Below, in pieces: positions 45,315 to 49,441 of a DNA stretch of 49,441 nt. The notes beneath the pieces are model-generated. The model did not search any database. It was not told the origin of the DNA and saw only the letters and a list, made by a program, of their open reading frames with translations. Made by a program: the position numbers and the translations under genes. The stretch is from Octopus sinensis (Eukaryota). Position 1 is the stretch's first letter. Every line of letters starts with the position of its first letter. Location of the stretch: the NCBI RefSeq assembly GCF_006345805.1, contig NW_021834342.1, positions 1 through 49,441 of the forward strand, written 5' to 3'.

Positions 45315-46400
45315 TATCATCATCATCAATATTTGACCCCTGTTTTCTATGCTGGCATGGGTTGGACAGTTTGACAGGAACTGGTCAGCTGGAGAACTGC
45401 ACCAGGCTCCAATTGTCTGTTTTGACATGGTTTCTACAGCTGGATGCTCTTCCTATTGCCAATCACTTTGCAGAGAGTACTGGGTGCATTTTACATGGCA
45501 CCATCACCAGTGCTTTTCATGTGGCACCAGCACCAGTGTTATTTATGCGGTGCCAGTACCTAGACCAATGTGTTTTATGTGACACCTTGGTTTCAGGATA
45601 TTAATTCTGCTGTGGTGGGCAGGTTTTCAAATACAGCAATGCACCACATTTCTTGTTCTTCTTTCATCTCCTTTGTAAGGCTCAGCATTTTGAGATTGGC
45701 CTTTGATACTTTATCCTATGTCTTCCTGGATCTCCCTTTTCCTCAACTTTCCTCTGCTTTAATTGATTGGGACTTCTTTATGTCACTGTCCTCATCCATT
45801 TGCACCACATGACAAAAACAAGCACAGTCTTCCCTCTTGCACACTGCATATAATTCAGAGAGGTAAAAGCTCTCTGAGCTTTGTCTATCCTATTCTCATT
45901 CTTGCAATTACACATTCTGTACAACCTTCTTCACTGCTAATTAGGTCACCTAGGTATAAAAAATGTTTGAGGAAATTAGTTTCCTAGATATTTATGATCT
46001 TTATGATGCTTGTACATCTTTCACATATGAACACTACTTTCTCTGTTGACCTTCTTACTATTCCACTGAACCTCTTATGTGTCCATAGCCTGCACTGGTA
46101 ACACTGAATGGAATTTCTGCCTTCATCTTTCCTACATATTGAGCAGGGCCATTTACCAGAAAGATGAAGGGTCCTGTCCAATATCTTGCATACTAGGACC
46201 TTGGTCTTTGTTAAGTTAACTTTAAGACCCTTTGATTCTAGTTTCTGTTTCCACCCCTGGAATTTGTTTTCTAATTCTGTTACAGATTCTGCTATATGGG
46301 CAAGATCATCTTCGGTGAAGTAGTCTGCAGAAGGAATTCATAGAGAAGATCCTTCTGAATATCTTTGAGTGCAACATGTGGAGCATATGCAGAGATAAAT
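45315..46400 (-). mobile_element. Decayed RTE LINE 3' part with PHD-like insert in RT
   Basis: (GAT)n tail and 3' UTR as at 5842-6145. LESKGLKVNLTKTKV and KWPCSICRK...CYQCRLWTHKR...ICERC. Confidence 0.85.
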
Positions 46401-46413
46401 AATACTGATACAT

Positions 46414-46500
46414 GAAGAAGAAGAAGAAGAAGAAGAAGAAGAAGAAGAAGAAGAAGAAGAAGAAGAAGAAGAAGAAGAAGAAGAAGAAGAAGAAGAAGAA
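46414..46500 (+). repeat. Perfect (GAA)29 microsatellite
   Basis: 87 bp uninterrupted. Confidence 0.98.
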
Positions 46501-47096
46501 GATGATGAAGGATGAGGTTAAGGACGAAGAGGAGAGTGAGGATGATAGAAAAGAACGAGAGGATGATGAAATTTTTTTACAATTGTTAATCAGGTTTCTA
46601 CTTTTAGTGGAAACCATTTCCCATCTCATTGGAAAAGTCACGAATATTACAGCAATCCATTTCTTTTCTATTGATTATTCAATATAAGAAAATACAAAAG
46701 CTCAAAATGTTAATTCATTTTCTTAGTTGTTTTATTACATAATGAACACAAAATCTGTTCGTTTTTCGCGATTTTATACTTAACTAACATTGAAATTCGG
46801 AGAAGTAAAAGAAATAAATTCTAATACATTAATATTAATAGATAAAGGGTAATTCAATATGTTTCTTGATTAATAGCAAAAAGAGTTTGCATTCATCAAA
46901 ACATTTTGTCGCACGACTGGTATTATAGCAATTTACAAATGCTCTTGTTATTTCGTTTCAGCACAATATATTAATAATAATTGCGAGTAGGCGGCTTCGT
47001 CTTGTTTCGTTTCAGTAACATTTACGTCTGCCACTATAATAATATAGCTTTCGATCTTTCGTTTCGAAACAATTTACTAGTGCTCGTACTGCTCCC

Positions 47097-47164
47097 ATGT
47101 CAACAGAGGAGGTGATGCTGAGTAGCTGGAGCTGGCCTATTGGTCTTGTGTCAGCTAGTCTCTG
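47097..47164 (+). CDS. Candidate first coding exon (MSTEEVMLSSWSWPIGLVSASL), product unknown
   Basis: ATG, a hydrophobic signal-peptide-like stretch and donor TG|GTAAGA (phase 2), in a TE-poor island. No homology recognised. Confidence 0.3.
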
Positions 47165-49048
47165 GTAAGATATATTATTTCTATTTCAGTTTCTCGCTAT
47201 TATATTTGAGTATTTCATCTAACTTTATCTCCCCACTATTTATTCATTTGTCAACCAATATCTGGTTTCCGATTATAGCGTATGGTCAGCAGTAAACTGC
47301 CGTAGACATACGCGAATATTTGGGACGATTATAGACTTGTAGGGGACACACCGAAGAGCGTTATATTTACTCATAGAAAGACATAGCAATATAAAAAAAA
47401 AAGAGGTGTGTCATTTTTTCTCACAAACCTGTCTTTCTGAAATGTTTATTAAAAACTATCATTAAAATATTTTAGAGCATTGTCTCCCTTTTGAGTAAAA
47501 ACGATGATCTATAATATGGACCAACGAGTCCTCTAATTAACAGTATACTTAAAAATAGCGCACTTGTTTGCAGCTTTAATTGAACTTTTTATTCAAGGTC
47601 CATCACAGCTACAGCTCTAATGCTAACATTAATGCCCCGTTGCACATTATTTGTATCATATCAGATTGTAGTTGTGCAGCAGTGGTGTTCTGTATTCTCG
47701 AAAAAATAAGCAAGATTTGGAGCATCGAGGTAGATTGTGCAATGTCTGAGTCTGCAGCATCACTGTCTGCTGCATCACCACTCAACTGCACTATTTCTGC
47801 TGCTACAATCTACTACCATTATTGACACCCCTCTCTTCCTCTCTTATCATCATCGTCGTTAACTTCTGTTAACTCAACCACACGGCATTTTATTTTTGCT
47901 CCATAATCTCATTTTTTTAATCGGACGAAGGATGTAGTTTTAGTGCTTTAATTTCCACCTTTTATTAATTCACGCGCGTGCGCACACGTACATACACACT
48001 CTCTCACACACCTCGCTTAATTCTCATTAATGATTTGTGTTGCAGTTGATATTGTTTAACTGCTTCTATCATCTATTTCACATATGATTAGTCAGAAATT
48101 AGAAAAGTAGTTGCATTATGCAGTGTGCAACACGTTTTATTTCGACACGTGCTCCGATTGCATATTTCAGTCAACCTTACCCTTTTGCAACGCAGTAATA
48201 ATTGTTGACGGTCTGATGAGCAATAAGGATGAGAAGCAGTGATAGTCTGATGAACAATCGAGCTACATTAATTAGTATAAAGCAAAAAATGGATAATGTT
48301 TTGCATGCCTCGAAGAGAATTCTAATGTTTGAGACAAAACCGTTCTAAATTTTTAATGAATTCGTTAATCTGTTTAATTCTGTCTTCCCCTGTACTTTTC
48401 TATTTCATTTTCTTTCTTTCGGTAATTACCCCCCTCCACTCCCCCTTCACAAAATGTGTATATAAACGCATTATTAATAACGTACACAGACTTACTAAAT
48501 AGATGCCACAAATTTCCCTTAGTTTCTTTTTCTTGAGATGTTTCTAGTTTGCTATCTACTTGTAATCAGATTATTTCGCGGTTTAGTAAAGAATTTATAC
48601 ATGCTGTTCATATAGGAATGTATGTGTATCTTCCCGCAGATAGATAGATAGATTGTAAAATAGATATAAATGTTGGTTAATTGGTTTATTTCTCCAGTCG
48701 CGCTTTGTTTACATCGTATAGAGAGATTCAGAGAGAGTTGACATAAGAGTTGAAGGATGAGCGCACATACCAGGCTTTGTGACAGGCAATGAGTAAAAGA
48801 AGGCATACTGTGAGAAAGAATCATAGACACAAGGGAGAGGAGCAGGAGAGAATAACAATAATAAATATTTATCTTCTGTAGATTGATATTTATTTCATCA
48901 TTTTGTATAAGCATCAAGAAATTCTATGAAAGTTGTTGTGTGTATGCCAAATTTCCAGATATTATCTATAGTGGCGAAAGTATACTTCTAAAGTCACTTG
49001 TCATATGATAGGTAATAACACTTGTGTGTGTGTGTATGTATATATTTT

Positions 49049-49290
49049 ATCTTTTACTTGTTTCAGTTATTTGACTGCGGCCATGCTGCAGTACTGCCTT
49101 GAAGGGTTTTATTCAAACAAATCGACCTCAGGATTTTTTTTTTTGAAGCCTAGTACTTATTTTATCAGATTCTTTGCTGAACTGCTAAGTTACAGAGACA
49201 TAAACATACCAGCACTGGTTGTCAAGCAATGTTGAGGGGATACTCCCCCCCTATATTTATATATATATATATAGATATATATATATCTAT

Positions 49291-49322
<32 letters not shown>

Positions 49323-49378
49323 CAATGGGCTTCTTTCAGTTTCCATCTACAAAATCCACTCACAAGGCTTTGGTCAGA
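49049..49378 (-). mobile_element. tRNA-derived SINE lacking its head, with an expanded internal (TA)n
   Basis: Homology to 32886-33283. Confidence 0.85.
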
Positions 49379-49441
49379 ACCTCTCCCTATGGGTGAAAGA
49401 TAGATTGTATGATACCTGTGTGCAAACGGCCATGCTATACG

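Noticed and set aside
46306-46687. Poly-Lys and poly-Phe ORFs
   Set aside because: They are products of the (GAA)29 microsatellite.
48552-48917. 121-aa minus-strand ORF with a signal-peptide-like segment
   Set aside because: No splice donor or homology recognised, and it runs into low-complexity (ATCT) sequence.

Overview
AT-rich, repeat-saturated eukaryotic DNA. The SINE families, (TA)n/(CA)n microsatellites and RTE LINEs point to an octopus (coleoid cephalopod) genome; this is inferred from repeat recognition. One host gene is clearly supported: coding exon 1 of a PPM1L/PP2C-epsilon phosphatase (16395-16772, minus). Its first intron appears to run past the left window edge. The rest is mostly nested mobile DNA: non-autonomous Helitrons, three mariner elements, several RTE and CR1-like LINE fragments, tRNA-derived SINEs, fold-back MITEs, Merlin transposase relics and five Ty3/Gypsy elements or fragments. 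One of these is a near-intact CsRN1-clade provirus (35504-40801) with both LTRs, TSD, tRNA-Trp PBS and PPT. Best observations: (1) a textbook twin-priming 5'-inverted RTE insertion with a 12-bp TSD and microhomologies at both junctions; (2) a perfect 206-bp fold-back palindrome at the 5' end of another RTE; (3) CpG-biased, all-transition divergence between the provirus LTRs, which carry NRF1/ETS promoter motifs on the PPM1L strand; (4) a fold-back MITE family with a TTAGGG-like core and tandem half-copies; (5) PHD-like fingers inside two RTE reverse transcriptases; (6) a TE-poor island near 47 kb with three phased ISRE-like motifs before a candidate exon. I found no evidence for a wholly new multi-gene system. 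All alignments were done by eye and relic boundaries are approximate.
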